From Camelus dromedarius (taxonomy: Eukaryota): DNA of 64,000 nt. Shown here piece by piece: positions 49,580-63,774 of this stretch. Positions within the stretch are counted from its first letter, which is position 1; each line of letters starts with the position of its first letter. The stretch lies in the NCBI RefSeq assembly GCF_036321535.1, contig NC_087437.1, positions 4,774,001-4,838,000 of the forward strand, read 5' to 3'. A program made the position numbers and the translations under genes. The notes under the pieces were generated by a model that worked only from the letters and a program-made list of their open reading frames with translations, was not told the origin of the DNA and made no database searches.

Positions 49580-52500
49580 AGCCCGCATCAGTTTTTAAAA
49601 GACTACTGGACACAGCAAAAGGGAGAAAAGAGCCCTGCATTCGCAGATAACAGAAAGGCATCTGTTTTCAGTGAAAGCACACATTTTCATAGAATAGTTG
49701 CCATCCAGATTTTTCAGCAGCCATCAAGAAAACAAAGAAGGATGTGTCCTCTGAAGGGTAATGTGCATGTCATTTAAATTGCTGAGTCCTGGGGGGGCAC
49801 TTGGACTTGGGTGTGTGACGTCTGTAAGGATAATTAATTATCAGATTGAAGGAATTAGAGGCAAGGATGTAATAAGACCCATTATCTTGGCATGAGAAGC
49901 GAATCTGAAAAGGATAAAGGAATCATTATTTTGCAATGAATACACCAGAATGTGGCCCCTCTGAAATTCTGTTGCAGACCTTTCCTAAAGACAGGCAACA
50001 TATGTTGAATATGTAAAATATGTCACAGAACAGATCTGCTCCTGCAAAGCAGTGCAAGAAAGAAAATAAGAAGTTAAATAGCGTTTTTTTTTTTTTTTAA
50101 AGTATTGGCTTGTAAGTGCAGAGACCCGACCTGGCCTCCCCGTAACTGGCTGTGTGACCTTGGGCAAGTTACTTCACCTCTTCAGGCCTAAGGTTCTTTC
50201 TCCGTAAAAGAGAGGATTAAACTGTACAGTCTGCGCTCAAATGTCCTTGGAGACTTTCTTTCCCCTCAGTTCTTACTAACAGTGGATAAGGAAGTAAATA
50301 GCGCCCCTGTGGCCGGGAAGCGGTTGCTCTAGAACCCTCTGTGAACAAACAAAAACACAGCCTGTGACTCGTATCTTCTCCCCCCGAGGCTGGAGGCTGA
50401 GCCCTTCCCACTCATTCCTTCAGTCAGTGCGTTTAGATTTTCATGGTCCGTGTTGTGATCAGCTCGCTGACTTGAAATGAGCATTTTGGCTTGTGGGGCC
50501 AGGAGGTGGGGTCTCAGCCGTGCTGGGGCCAGAGGCCCAGGGGAGAGTCGGGGTGCCGCAGGGAAGCGCCCCAGAGAGGCAGGAGGGGAGCGCCGGTGGG
50601 AAGGCGGGGGCCGCGTGTGGCAGAGCGCCTGTGCGTGTAGGGGAGACACGGGCCGGCAGCTGTTGTAGGCCCACCCACCGCCTGGGAGGCGGCTGCCTTC
50701 ATACCAGTTTTTATTTACGGAGCACTTCCTCTTTCCGGGGTAGTGACTCACTTAGCTGTCTTTACTGCGCCCATTTCACAGGTGAGGGAGCTGAGACACA
50801 GGCAGGCTCAACCAGGGGCCCAGGGCCACTGGGCTGCGCATCAGCCCGGTTTGGAGCCCAGGCAGTGTGCGCTGGAAGGGAATGAAGTAGCCAGCTGTCT
50901 CACATGGTAAAGTCACATATTACTAAGAGCAGTGACAAAACACATAGCACTGTGTGGGGGCGTGGCCTTCCCCCATTTCCAGGTAACACCCTTCTGGGGC
51001 GGTGCTCCCAGCTGCCTTCTTGCTCTGGGTCTGTGGTCCAGAGGGTGGTGCCGGTGGGTGGGGAGGGGCTGCTCAAAGGCAACTTCCCAAAGAACTTTGG
51101 TTTCTCTAGGCAGGAATCTTGCAAACAATATGAAAAAAGTCTCCAAGCAGCATTAAAAACAAATAAGTACCCGGAACCCGGGATGTAGCCAGGATAACAG
51201 AGAAGGCAGTTGCAGGAACAATTCACATAGAAACTGCCTCGGCGCACACACCCACCACCCCCTGTGCACACACCACAGACGGAAAGCGGACAAGCCCTGC
51301 TCTGCGCAGAACGTGTTTCAGCCCCTGGACAGCGGTTCCCTGGTTAATGAGGGGAGTGCCTCTGTCCAGCACCCTGTTGATGGAGCGACGCCGGCTGCCC
51401 CACGGGGAGGGACAGCGGGAGGCCTGGGGGCCACAGTGATGGCACCGGGGCAGGCTTGCCTTTGAGCACATAGTTTTCTTTCCTCTCACCCACACCCCGG
51501 CAAGCATCGCCTTTCTACTGGACACTCAGAGCAGTCTGCCTGGTGTTCCCCCCACCATACATGAAGGCAGGCTGGCCTGCCAACCGAGCGCCCCCCATCA
51601 GTGCTGCCTCGTCCCTCTGGCTTCCCTGGCCCTTCAGGGAGAACTGCCTGTCCTCTAATCTGTGCTGTGCACGTTCCTCTGGGGTAGTCGACCCCGCACT
51701 GCCTGTGCCACTCCCTGTCCTCTGACCACTTGGTGGCATCCAAGTCCTCGCTGAGACCATGGGTCTCCTCGCCATATCTGACAGTTAACGAGAGCTCAGA
51801 GAGGTTATGTAACTTGCTGACAGTCACCCAGGTTGGCCCACCTGCTTCTGAAGTCCGTGAATTTGACCACACGGCCCTGCTGCCTTCCCCTGAGCACAGG
51901 CTTGCATGCGTTTGTCCCCAAGTCCCCATCGGGTGGCAAATTCCGCTGGGGCTGGATGGAGCCCGTCTCGTCAGGTGCTGTGGCCCCTCGGACGTTCTCT
52001 GTCGATGCCTGAACCAGGTTTACAGGGGTGCAGGGCGTCTCCACGGCTGCGCGGGCCCAGGGCCCCTAGCTTGCCCACCTCCTGCTCTAGGAAGCACACA
52101 CACGTGACGGGGGCTACAGCTGCGCACTCTGAAGCCCCGCTCTGCGCTGGCGGGGGGCCAGGGCCTCCGTGGGGTGGGGACAGTAAGGCAGAGCCATCCC
52201 CGAGGAAGGGGCGCCCCGAGGTCGGCCGACTTCAGCTCGAGGACCCCCCTGTGTTTGTCAGACACGTGGAAGTCGAGGGTGCCCCCACCCACCTCGAGAA
52301 GCCTCCCTCCTCCCTGGGGTTAGACTTGCTTTGTGTCCTCCCAGGTCTTGTGTATGTCAGCCGGCCTTGACCTCGGTGGCTCGGGGGGGCCGGACTAACA
52401 GTCAACAGATGGCTTGGCTAGTTCTTGCCCCTCTAGGATTAGGGACAGAATGAAAGCTTTCTACTCTACGCCACTTCTTGGAGCACTTCCCACGTCCCAG

Positions 52501-53089
52501 GCCCTGGGCTGGGTCCTTCAGCGTGGTCTGTGGGTGTCTGAATTCTGTTTCGTAGATCTGAGGTTTCGAGAGGTTACATTACTCGCCCAGAGGTCAGATG
52601 GCCAGATGTGGCAGAGTTCATCGGCTGTTCACTGACCGATGCCCATAAGCCGGCGGACTATACAAGCAGAAATAAGGAGCATGAATGCTCTGCGGGTTTT
52701 TAGGTGCCGAGTGCCTTCCGCATATTTTCTCTGTTCCCACCACAGCCCCACACGGGAGATACTGTGATTGAGAAGATGGGGAAGGGAGAAATTGCACGGC
52801 CTGCCTGGGGTCACCCAGCGAGGAGGCGGCAGAGCCAGCACTCCCACCCCGGGCAGCCCCGTCCCAGGGCCACTGGCTCCCTCCTGTGTCTCGCATCCCC
52901 CAGGGTGGTGCTGTCCTCCCGCTGGTCACGGGCAGGTCCTCCCTCCTGCTTCCAGGCCAGAGGGAGAGGGGTCCTTGCTTCTGATTGCCGCCCCCTCTGC
53001 TTTTCCACAATTTGAATCCACATAAAATGTAATAGTCTATGTATCTGTGATGGTTAATTTTATGTGTCAGCTCGACTGGGAAAACATTA

Positions 53090-55200
53090 CATACGTATGC
53101 CGTGAATTTTCTTGGCTAATGCCTTAAATATTTGTCCAATCACCACCACTATATTTTAGGACATTTCATCACCCCAAAAGAAACCCTGTACCCCCGAGCA
53201 GTCACTTCCCCTTCCCCCCCAGCCTACGGCAACTCCTAGTACACTTTCTCTCCGTGGATTTGCCCATTCTGAACATTTTCTATGAATGGAATTATACGAT
53301 ACGTGGCCTTTTGTTCCTGGCCCCTTTCACTTAGCCTAGTGTTTTCAAGGTTTGACCCTGTGTTACATTTATAAGTTCTTCCTTCTTTTTTATGGCTGAA
53401 TAATATTTCATTGTATGGGCATCTCACATTCGTTTATCCATTCAGAAGTCAGTGGACATTGGGTCGTCTCCTCTTTTTGACTAGTATGAGTAAGGTCGCT
53501 GTGAACATTCATGTACAAGTTTATGTGCCAACTCCTTGGGTTCATATATAGGAGTGGAATTGCTGGTCATATATGTTAAGTGTATGTTTATTTGAGGAAC
53601 CAACAGACTGTTTCCCAAAGGGGCTGTGTCATTTCACATCCTGTCATCAGCACGTGCAGATTCCAGCTTCTCCACATCCTCGCCAATGCTCGTCCTTGTC
53701 CGTTTGTTAAAGGCATCTCTGTGGCTGTGGCTTCTCAGCGTGGTTGTGGTTTTCATGTCCCTCGTGGCAGATGGTGCTGAACATCTTTGCAAGCACCTAC
53801 TGGCCACCTGTATACCTTCTTTGAAGAAATTATTGAAATCTTGTGCCCAGTTCAAAAACTGGACTGTCTTGTTATTTAGTTGTGGCAGTCCTTTGTATAT
53901 CTTGGATATTAGACCCTTATCAGATAAATGATTTGCAAATGTTCTTTCCATTTGTTGCTTGTCTTTCACTTTCTTGACATTGCCTTTTGGAACACAGAGG
54001 GTTCCATTTTTGATGAAGTCTAAAGTAGGTTTCTTTTTCCTTTGGTTGCTTGTGCTGTATGTGTCATTCCTAACCCAAGGTCGTGGACTTCCAGCTATGT
54101 TTTCTTCTAAGAGTTTTATAGTTTTAGCTTCTACACTTTGATCGATGATCCACCGAAGTTAATTTTTGTAGATGTTGTGAGAAAGGGGTCCGAACTGTCT
54201 TTTGCATGTGGACATCTAGCTGTCCCAGGGCCATTGTACCGTCTTGGTGCCCTTATGGAAATCTGTTGACAACAGGGACACAGGTTTATTTCTAGACTCT
54301 TGGTTCTGTTCCATTGACCTGTATGTTGACCGTTAAGCAAGCACCACACTTGTCCTCGAGTCCTCTTTGTACTTTATCGGAGCTGTTTTGGCTACTTTGG
54401 GTGCTTTGGGTGCTTGGCAGTTCCATATGAAATTTTCAGGATCACCTTGTCAATTCTTGTCAACAAAATCAGTAGAATTTTGGGATAGATATTGCACTAA
54501 ATCTGTAGACTACTTTGGAGGAATGTTGTCCTTTTAAAAATACTAAGTTTTCCGATTCATGAACACAGGATGTCTATCCATTTATTTAGTTATGTAATTT
54601 TCAGTATGTGAATTTTTCTTTTACTTTTTATTGCCAACTATTTTTGGGGTGCTATTATAAATGGATTTTTTTCATTTTTGGATTGTTAATTGCAAGTATA
54701 TAAAAATACAGTTGATTTTTATATTGACCTTGTATCCAGCAACCTTGCTGAACTTATCAGCACTAATAATTTTTTGGTGGATTTTCTATGTACAAGATCA
54801 TGTCATCTTCATATAGATTAACTTCTCCCTTTGGCAAGGATGCCTTTTTTCCCCCGGCTGCCTAACTGTTCTGGCGGGAACCTCTAGTACAGTGTTGAGT
54901 AGGTGTGGTGACAGTGGACGTCCTCGTCTTGTTTCTGACTTAGGGGAACAGCTTCCAGTTCGCCGAGCATCGTGTTAGCTGTGGGCTTTTCACAGATGAG
55001 GAAGTGTCCTTCTCTTCCTACTTGTTGGTGCGTTTGTCATGAAAGGGTGTCAAATTCTTTTTCTCCATCAAAAGCGGTAACAAAGCGCTATTACCCCCTT
55101 TATTGTATTGATACAGTGTATCGCACTGGTTCATTTTTATATGTTGAAAATATCTTGCATTCCTGGGATAAAGCCCACTTGGTCATGCGATGTGGACCCC
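53090..55200 (-). mobile_element. L1MB-like LINE-1 3'UTR/ORF2 remnant (further L1 remnants at ~57790-59500 and ~62650-64000)
   Basis: ORFs 53236..53427(-) and 53634..53969(-) resemble L1 ORF2p (FANHLSDKGLISKIYK). Confidence 0.8.
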
Positions 55201-55334
55201 CTGTCTCACAAAAGTATATAATACTTTTTTCAAAATGAAAGATTTAAGGAGAAAAACAAACCTAAGAAAAAGGGAAGAATACATATGAGCTCCACGTGTG
55301 TTCAGGAATGAACACCCTACAGTATTCACTGTAT

Positions 55335-55550
55335 CATGTGCGTGTGCTGTGCGTGTGCATACGTGGCTGTGCATCGGTGCGTAGGTGCATGCGTGCATCT
55401 GTACACACACACACGTGAGTGTGTGCAGGTGTATTTGTGTGCCATGCCTGAGCGTGCATGTGTGTTCATACCTGAGTGTGTGTGTGTTTATCTGTGCTGT
55501 GCATGTGTGTATGGGAGTGTGTGTTCCTGTGCATGCATGTGTGTACATCT
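55335..55550. repeat. Degenerate (TG/CA)-rich simple repeat
   Basis: Alternating purine-pyrimidine GTGTGCATGC-type tract. Confidence 0.8.
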
Positions 55551-56630
55551 GGGTTTGTTTACCGGAAGTGCCTGCAAGTTGGTTGCAGACTGAGTTGGGC
55601 TCCAGACACGTCAGCACACACCAGCTCAAGCGATCCTGCGTGGCCATGTGAAGGTCACAGATCTAGGACACTGAAATGGGTGGAGTCCTAACACGGAGTC
55701 TGTCTTCTGGTTGCATAACTGACTCAGTAATGACCTTCACACATTCTCTAAGCCCCATTCGGGGTCCAACTTAGGCCCCCTTACATTCAGTTGTCTGCCC
55801 CGGGTCCCCTTTAAGCCACAACATTGCAGTTGGAGACCCAGCCAGGGCTGGGGGTGGGGAGGCCCTCCTGGTGGCCTGGCCTCCTGGCCCTGAACTGAAC
55901 TTAGTTCCTGTGTTCTGATCGCTCTGCATGGCCCCTACTCGGGTGGGACCAGTGCCTCTTCACGTGGAGGGTCACGACACCCAGGCAAGGGGGCTCATTC
56001 TCCCCAAACTCAGCATCGGAGTGGGGGATGGACAGCCCCACTGTCAGCCCCAGGGCTTGTTTGAGCCCTGCGCTTTGGAGAGTAGGCACTGCACACACGG
56101 GGGTCACGGGGGTTGAGGTGGGGGGCAGGTGGGTAGAGATGTGCAGGTGCCCAAGGACCTTGGCCCGTGGGTTCTCAGCTGGGACAGCTTCTGTGCCCCA
56201 ACCTCTCCTGTGTTTCCCCCCTTCAAACATAGGGGTGCATGAAGTCCCCTGACTGGTGCCGGAGCAGCTGGCAGCCCCCATACGTGCACCGGCAGGATGG
56301 ACTGCCATCTCTCACTGCCCGGGTTCCAGTGTGGCCGCCTCTGGTGAGCAAGGAGCCCGGACCCCGGAATCAGGCCACTTCCTGTGTCCTTGCAGGAGAC
56401 TGGGCTGCACCACAGCTCCTGGCTGACCCCTGGGTCCTGAACAGCACGTGGCCAGAGAAATTGGTAACTTATCTTTCTTTCATTCTGAAATGTTTAAGGA
56501 CAGAAAGGTTTCCTTTAGTTTCCTGATGTGGGGGAAGTGTGGAGCCCCATGTCTGTTTATTGTCCAAGTGATGTACATCCCAGTTCCTGCACGGAGTGAC
56601 CTGTGTCCCCAGGAGAGCAGCCCATGCTAG

Positions 56631-56977
56631 GTTAAACCAGACCAAGTTCTGTCTACAAGGCAGATTTAGATCTCTCCATGTTCTGTCTACACTGAGCATG
56701 TTTCCACCCAAGAGTGATCTGTCTACGCTGAGCACATTTGTACGTAGCTGTGTTCCGTCTGCACTGGAGTACTTAGATCTGAGTCTGCACTGTCTACACC
56801 GAGTACCTTTAGACCCGTGTTGTGTCTGCTCTGGCGCATTTAGGCTTGACGGTGTTCTGTCTAGACTGGAAATTTAGATCTTAACATCCTTTTTAACCAA
56901 GTACATTTAGACCTGGCCCTGTGCTGTCTACACTGATAACGTTTAGACCTGACCATGTTCTGTGCACACTAGGGCAT
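56631..56977. repeat. Diverged tandem array of about 10 units of 31-36 bp (consensus approx. TTTAGACCTGACCATGTTCTGTCTACACTGAGCACA)
   Basis: Recurring TTTAGA(T/C)C and CTGTCTACACTG motifs at about 35-nt spacing. Confidence 0.8.
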
Positions 56978-58704
56978 GGAGAGCTGGGTGGACCCCTGGC
57001 CTGGCCTTAATAGTGGGGGATTCAGGATGGACACGGAGACCTGGGTGTCAGACCGGCCTCAGCCCTGGGAGCTTCAGGGGGCACGTGGACACCTGCATAG
57101 AGACCCAGCCTGGCCTTTGTCCAGGGAGTGTCAAGGTGGCTGTGGGGACCCGGGAGGAGACCCAGCGTGGCTTCAGTCCTGGGGAGCTCTGTGCTTGCGC
57201 CCACGTGTCAGGGCTTAGACGTCTGGGGTCTGAGCTGGGTGACAGCGCTCTGCCCCTGAATGTGGTTCATGGCCCTCCCGGGGGCGTGTGCCAGGGGTCG
57301 GCACTGTTGTAGGGGCCTCAGACCTTACTCCTGCCGCGTTCACCTCCCCTGGGGCGCGTGGAGACTCAGGTGGGCTACCTGGTAATTATTCTAATTCACT
57401 GGCGCACACATGGCGCACTGGGAGGCGGGTTTCCCTGGTGAGCTGGCTGCTGGCACGGGGGTCTGGCGTGAGGCCGACCGGCAGCAGGTGGGGTGCTGCT
57501 GGGGTCCCCTCCCGGGCGGCCATCCCTCCTCTCCCAGCCCCGCTGTCCTGTGAGACCCCCATCGCCGCAGTGAGAAAGGAAAGCTCAGAGCCTGCCTGAA
57601 CCAAGGTAGGGCGTTCGGCAAGAAAACGGGAAAGACAGTTAAAACCACGCAGACCCAAAGTGAACACAGGAGGGGCCTGACTTCTCTGGGACCAGTGTGG
57701 GGAGCCCCTGCCTTTCCTTCTGCCCCTTCCCATGTTGGGGGCCCGCCCAGCACGGCCATGGTGTCCTGACCAAGGGCACATGTGACCCCAGGTGATGGTC
57801 TTTTTAAGCATTGATGGATTTGGTTCGATAGTGGGTTTTTTTTTTTTTTTTAATGATTTTTGCATCTGTATTCTTAAGGGATATTCAAGGCGTATAACAC
57901 TTTGTAGATGCTGATGGATTTGGTTCAATATTATTTTGTGTTGATATTATTTTTGCACCTATATTCATAAGGGCTATTGGTTCTTTCTGTTCTCTTCCTG
58001 AGATGCCGTGTCTGGTTTTGGTATCAGGTTAACGCCTCACAGAATGAGCTAGAGGGTGTTCTCTCCTCTGCTGTTTTTTAAAAGAGTTTGTGAAAGATCA
58101 GTGTTAATTCTTTAAATGTTTCCAGAATTCACCAGTGAAGTCACCTGGTCCTGAGGTTTTCTTTCTGGAGAGATTTTTTTTTTATTACAAATTCAACGTC
58201 TTTACATGTTTACAAGCCCACTCAGGTTCCCTGTTTCTTCTTGAAACAGTTTTGATAGTTTGTCTTCCTGGGAATTTGTCTGTTCCATCTCGGTTAACAG
58301 GTTTGTTGGTACATAATTATTCACAGTCGTCTCTCATAAATTATTTTTATTTCTGTGAGGTTATTAGAATGCCCTCCCCCTTCATTCCTGATTTTCAGTC
58401 CTTTTTTCTTGGTCATTCTAGCTGCAGGTTTGTCCATTTTGTTGACTTTGTAAAGGAACAGCTTTGTTCATTCTTCTCTACTGTTTTTTTGAGTCCCCGC
58501 TTCCTTTATTTCTGCCGTAATGTCTGGCATTTTCTTCTGCCTGCTTTGGGTTTGTATTTCTTTTGTTTAGTTCCTTAAAGTAGAAGAGTAGGTTGTGGAT
58601 TTGAGACCTTTCTTCCTTTTCACTGTTTTTAAGCTAAATTTCCCTCTAAGTACTGAATTCCCAGCAGTGACATGGAATGTTACATTTTTACTTTCCTCAA
58701 TATC

Positions 58705-59210
58705 GAAATTTTTTTTAACATTTTTATTGAAGTCTAGTCACTTTACAATGTTGTGTCAGTTTCTGGTGTACAGCACAATTCGTCAGTCCTACATGAATAT
58801 ACACATATTCATTTTCATGTTCTTTCTCACCATAAGCTGCTACAAAATATTGAATATATTTCCCTGTGCTATACAGTATAAAACTTGTTTATCTATTTTA
58901 TATATAACAGTATCTGCAAATCTCGAACTCCCAGTTTATCCCTTTCCACCCTGCTCCCTGCTGGCAACCACAAGTCTGTATTCTATGTCTATGAGTCTGT
59001 TTCTGTTTTATATATAAGTTCATTTGTCTGTGGTTTTTTTTTTTAAGATTCCACATTAGAGTGATAACATATGGCATTTTTCTTTCTTTTTCTGGCTTAC
59101 TTCACTGGAGAATGACGCTCTCCAGGGCCATCTATGTTTCTGCAAATGGCATCATTTTATTATTTTTAGGGCTGAGTAGTATTCCATTGTATAAATGAAC
59201 CACAGCTTCT
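58705..59210 (-). mobile_element. Short lineage-specific L1 3' end (a similar copy lies at ~62145-62645)
   Basis: TTTCTGGTGTACAGCA...ATCTGCAAATCTC motifs shared with 6981-7772. Confidence 0.8.
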
Positions 59211-59518
59211 AACATTTTCTAAGTTATGTTTTGACGTGTTGGTTGTTCAGGAGCAAAGCCACTGCCAGCCCTCCTCTGGCTGCTGTTGGCCTGGGATTTG
59301 TTCCTTCATCCTCTGACTCTCAACTTAATTGTGTCTTTGAATCAAAAGCACGTGTCTTGTAGACAGTCTGTAACTGGGTGTCTGGTATTCATTCTCTTAA
59401 CCTCTGCCTTGTAATTAGAGTTTAACCTGTTTACAGTCAATGTATTACTGATAATGTAATTTCTAATTGATAGTTATTTTCTTAGTTTTTGTCCTGGAGA
59501 TTACAACTAACACCTTAA

Positions 59519-59656
59519 TTTTTTTGTTGTTTTTTTGTGTGTGGGTTAATTAGGTTTATTTGTTTACCTAGTCATTTTTAACAAAGGTATTGGGGCTTGA
59601 ATTCAGGACCTCGCGCATGCTAGGCACACACTTTACCACTGAGCTACACCCTCCCC
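59519..59656 (-). mobile_element. tRNA-Ala-derived SINE (Vic-1-like)
   Basis: 13-bp TSD ACTAACACCTTAA at 59506-59518 and 59657-59669. Confidence 0.88.
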
Positions 59657-59712
59657 ACTAACACCTTAACTTTTAACAACCTAGTTCAGATGAATAAAAC
59701 TACACAGCAGTG

Positions 59713-62061
59713 TGGATATACCTTGAAGATACTGCAGGTTCAGTTCCAGACCACTGCAGTAAAGCAAATATCTCAATAAATGACTTACATGAAATTTTTT
59801 GGTTTCCCAGGGAATATGAAAGTTATGTGTACAATATGCTAGAGTCCACTAAAGTGTGCAATAATAGCATTATCTCTAAAAAAAGTATGTGCCTTAATGT
59901 AAAAATACTTTATTGCTGAAAAATGCTCCCCATCATCTAAGCCTTCAGTGAGTCATAATCTTTTGGCTTGTGAGGGTCTTACTTAGATGTTGCTGGCTGT
60001 TGGCTGATATGGGGGTTGCTGAAGGCTGGGCTGGCAATTTCTTAGCATAAGACAACAGTGTGGCTTGCTGCATTGACTGACTCTTCCTTTCATGAACAAT
60101 TTCTCTGCAGCACGTCACCTGTTTGATAGCATTTGACCCACAGTAGAATTTCTTCCACAGTTGGAGTCAGTCCTCTCTAACCCTGCCGCTGCCTTACAGA
60201 CCACGTTTATGGAATATGCTAAATCCTTTGTTGTCATTTCAACAATGTTTACAGCATCTTCACCAGCAGTTGATCCCATCTCAAGAAACCACTTTCTTTG
60301 CTCATCCATAAAAAGCAGCTCCTCATTCATTCAGGTTTTATCCTGAGATTCAGCAACGGAGCCCCACCTTCAGGCTCCACTTCTAATTCCCGTTCTCCTC
60401 CTGTCCCCACCACATCAGCGGTCACCTCCATCACTGAGGTCTGGAACCTCTCCAAGTCATCCATGAGGGCTGGGATCAGCTTCCTCCAAACGCCTGTTCA
60501 TGCTGATATTTTGACTTCTTCCCACGAATCATGAATGTTCTTCCTGGATCTAGACTGGGGAATCCTTTCCAGAGGTTTTTACACCTGACTGTGCCCGGAT
60601 CCATCAGAGGAACCACTACCTATGGTAGCTGTGGCCTCACAAAAGGTATTTCTTAAGTAATAAGGCTTGAAATTTGAAACGACCCCTTGATCCACGGGCT
60701 GCAGACTGGGTGCCGTGCGAGCAGGCAGGGAAACATGAACCTCGCTGTCCTTCTCCAGCAGAGCTCTGGGGTGACCAGGTGCACCGTCAGGGAGCAGTCA
60801 TCTTGGAAGGAGTCCTTTCTTCTGAGCAACGGACCTCAACAGCGGGCCTAAAATAGTCAGTAAACCACGTTGTAAAAGACGTGCTGTCATCCAGGCCTGT
60901 TGTTCCGTCTACAGAGCACAGGCAGAGTAGATTTAGCATCATCTTAAGGGCCCCAGAATTTTCGGAATGGTGAAGGAGCACTGGCTTCACATGACAGTCA
61001 CCAGCTGCAATGGCCCTAACAAGAGAGTCAGCCTGTCCTGTGAAGCTTGGAAGTCAGGCACTGACTTCTCTTTAGCTGTGAAAGTCCTAGATGGCATCTC
61101 CTTCCAATAAAAGGCAGCCTACCTACATAGAAGATCTGTTGCTCAGTGTAGCCGCCTTCGTTAATGAGCTTATCTGGATCTGCTGGGGAACCTGCAGCTT
61201 CTACGTCAGCACCCGCTGCTTCACTCTGCGCTTTTATGGAAAAGACTTCTTTCCATAAACCTCATGAACCAACCTCTGCCGGCCTCCGACTTTTCTTCGG
61301 CAGCTTCCTCACCTCTCAGTCTTCACAGAGGTGAAGAGAGTGAGGGTCTTGTTCAGGACGAGGCTTTGGCTTAAGGGAATGTGGTGTTTGGTCTGACCTA
61401 CCCAGACCTACTCCTCAGACTTCCTCCACATCAGTAAAAAGGCTGTTTCCCTTTCTTATCACTGGTGTGTCCCTGGGGCAGCACTTCTAATTTCCTTCAA
61501 GATCTTTTCCTTTGCATTCACAACCTGGCCGGCTGGCAGGGGAGGCCTAGCTTTCGGCTTTTCTGGGCTGTTGACACGCCTTCCTCCCCAAGCTCGATCA
61601 TTTCTAGCCTTTGATTTCAAGTGCGAGACATGTGCCCCTCCCTTTCACCTGAACACTTAGAGGTCATTGTAGGACATTAACCAGCCTGATTTCAGTACTG
61701 CTGTGTCTCGGGGAACAGGGAGGCCAGGGAGAGAGAGAGAGATGGGGAAATGGCCGGTTGGTGGGAAGTCAGAACCCACACATTTATTAAATTTGCTACC
61801 TTACATAGATCGTGGCACCCCAAAATAATTACAGTAGTAACGTCAAAGATCACTGATCACAGATCACTGTAACAAATACAATAATGTTTGAAATGTTGCA
61901 ACCATTACCAAAATGTGACAGAAGTGTGAAGTGAACATACATTCCTGGAAAAATGGCGCAGACAGACGTATTCTGTGCAGGGACGCCACAGGCCTCCAAC
62001 CTGTAAAAAATGCAGTATCTGCAAAGTGCAATAAAGCAAAATGCAATGAAACAGTCATCTG
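59713..62061 (-). mobile_element. Near full-length Tigger1 DNA transposon with a decayed transposase
   Basis: About 2.35 kb with Tigger1-type ends and TA at 62062-62063. ORF 60115..60330(-), [35 protein letters not shown], is Tigger1 transposase-like. Many stops and frameshifts. Confidence 0.9.
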
Positions 62062-63774
62062 TAGTACACAAACCCTCTCCTCCTATTAGCCTCATTTCCC
62101 TGTTCCTGTACGTTGTTACTGTCACAAATTACACTTCTTTTCATCTTTTTTTTTAATTGAAGTATATAGTCTGTTTACAGTGTTGTGTCAATTTCTGGTG
62201 TACAGCATGTTTCAGTCATACATACACACACATATATTTGTTTTCAGACTTTTTCATTGTAAGTTACAAGATATTGAATATAGTTCCCTGTGCTATACAG
62301 TAGGACCTTGTTGTTTATTTTATATATAGTAGTGTGTATCTGCAAATCTCAACCCCCCAATTTATCCCTTCCCACCTCTTTTCCCCACTGGTAACCATAA
62401 GTATTTTCTATGTCTGTGAGTCTGTTTTGTAAGTAAGTTCATTTGTCTCATTTTTTAAGATTCCACATATGAGTGATATCATATGGTATTTTTCTCTCTC
62501 TGGCTCACTTCACTTAGAATGACAATCTCCTTGTCCATCCATGTTGCTGCAAATGGCATTACTTTATTATTTTTTATGGCTGTGTAGTATTCCATTGTAT
62601 ATGTACACCACGCTTCTTTATCCAGTCATCTGTTGATGGACAACAAGTTACATTTTTATACATTGTGTGCCCATCAACACAGATTTATAAGTATAGCTTT
62701 ATGCAGCTGACTTTTAAATCAGATAGGAGAAACAGAGAGTTATAAGAAAATAGATGTGTACCGTCTTTTAAATTCACCTGCTGTTATCTTTACTGTGGCT
62801 CTTTATTTCTTCATGTGAATTTGTGACATTGTCTAATGTTCTTTCATTTCAGCCCAAAGGACTCTTTAGTATTTCTTGGGCAGGTCTGCTAGTGACAAAT
62901 TCTGTTTTTGTTTATCTTAATAACAAATAGTTACAGGTTGGATCTTTTTGATTCTATATTCTACTGGGAGTTTTTTGAGCTTTTTTGAATTTGTGGATAA
63001 ACATTTTTCAAATTGGTAACTTTTCAGCCATTATTTCTTCAAATATTCTTTCTGCCTCCTTTTCTTTCTCTTCCCCTTCTTGGACCTGGCACGTGTGATG
63101 GGGTCCCACAGGTCTCTGAGCCTGAGAGCATTTTTCTTCCCCCTTATTCATCAAGACTAGATAGTTGTCCCATCTTCAAGCTCACTCATTGTTTCTTCTG
63201 CTCACTCAAGTCTAACATGCTATTTCAGCTATTGTAACCTCCAAATACAGAATTTCCATTTGCTTTTAAAAATATAATTTCTGTATATTTATTGATAGTC
63301 TCTATTTAGTGAGGCATTTAAAAATACTTTCATTCCTTAGACATGGTCTCCTTTAGCCCCTTGAACATATTTAAAGGAAGTGACTGAAATTCTTTGTCTA
63401 GTAAACCCAGTGTCTCAGCTTCTTCAAGGATACTCTGTCTGGACTGTTTTTCCTGTGTATGGGCCACACATTGTTTCTCTGCATAGCTCAGTCTTTTGTT
63501 GACAGTTGGACTTTTAAAACAGTATATTATGGCAGTTCTGGAGATCAGTTCATCCCTCTCCCCAGGGTTTGTTGTCATTGCTCGTTGTTATAATTGTTTA
63601 GTACAAGTTCGGTTAAGTCTGTGTTTTTTGCCTTATGTGGTCACTGAAGTCTCTGTTCAGCTTAGCAAACAGCTACTGACGGGACAGAGATTTCCTTAAA
63701 CTGTGGGCCCCCCAAATCTCCTAGTCTTTGCCAAGGGGCTGTGTATGTAAAGGCACACCTTCAAAACTCAGCCT

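Noticed and set aside
56631..56977. CRISPR-like array
   Set aside because: Mammalian DNA; the units are contiguous and diverged, with no identical repeats, no unique spacers and no cas genes.
57810..57985. About 100-bp imperfect local duplication
   Set aside because: It lies within a decayed L1 fragment, with no functional implication.
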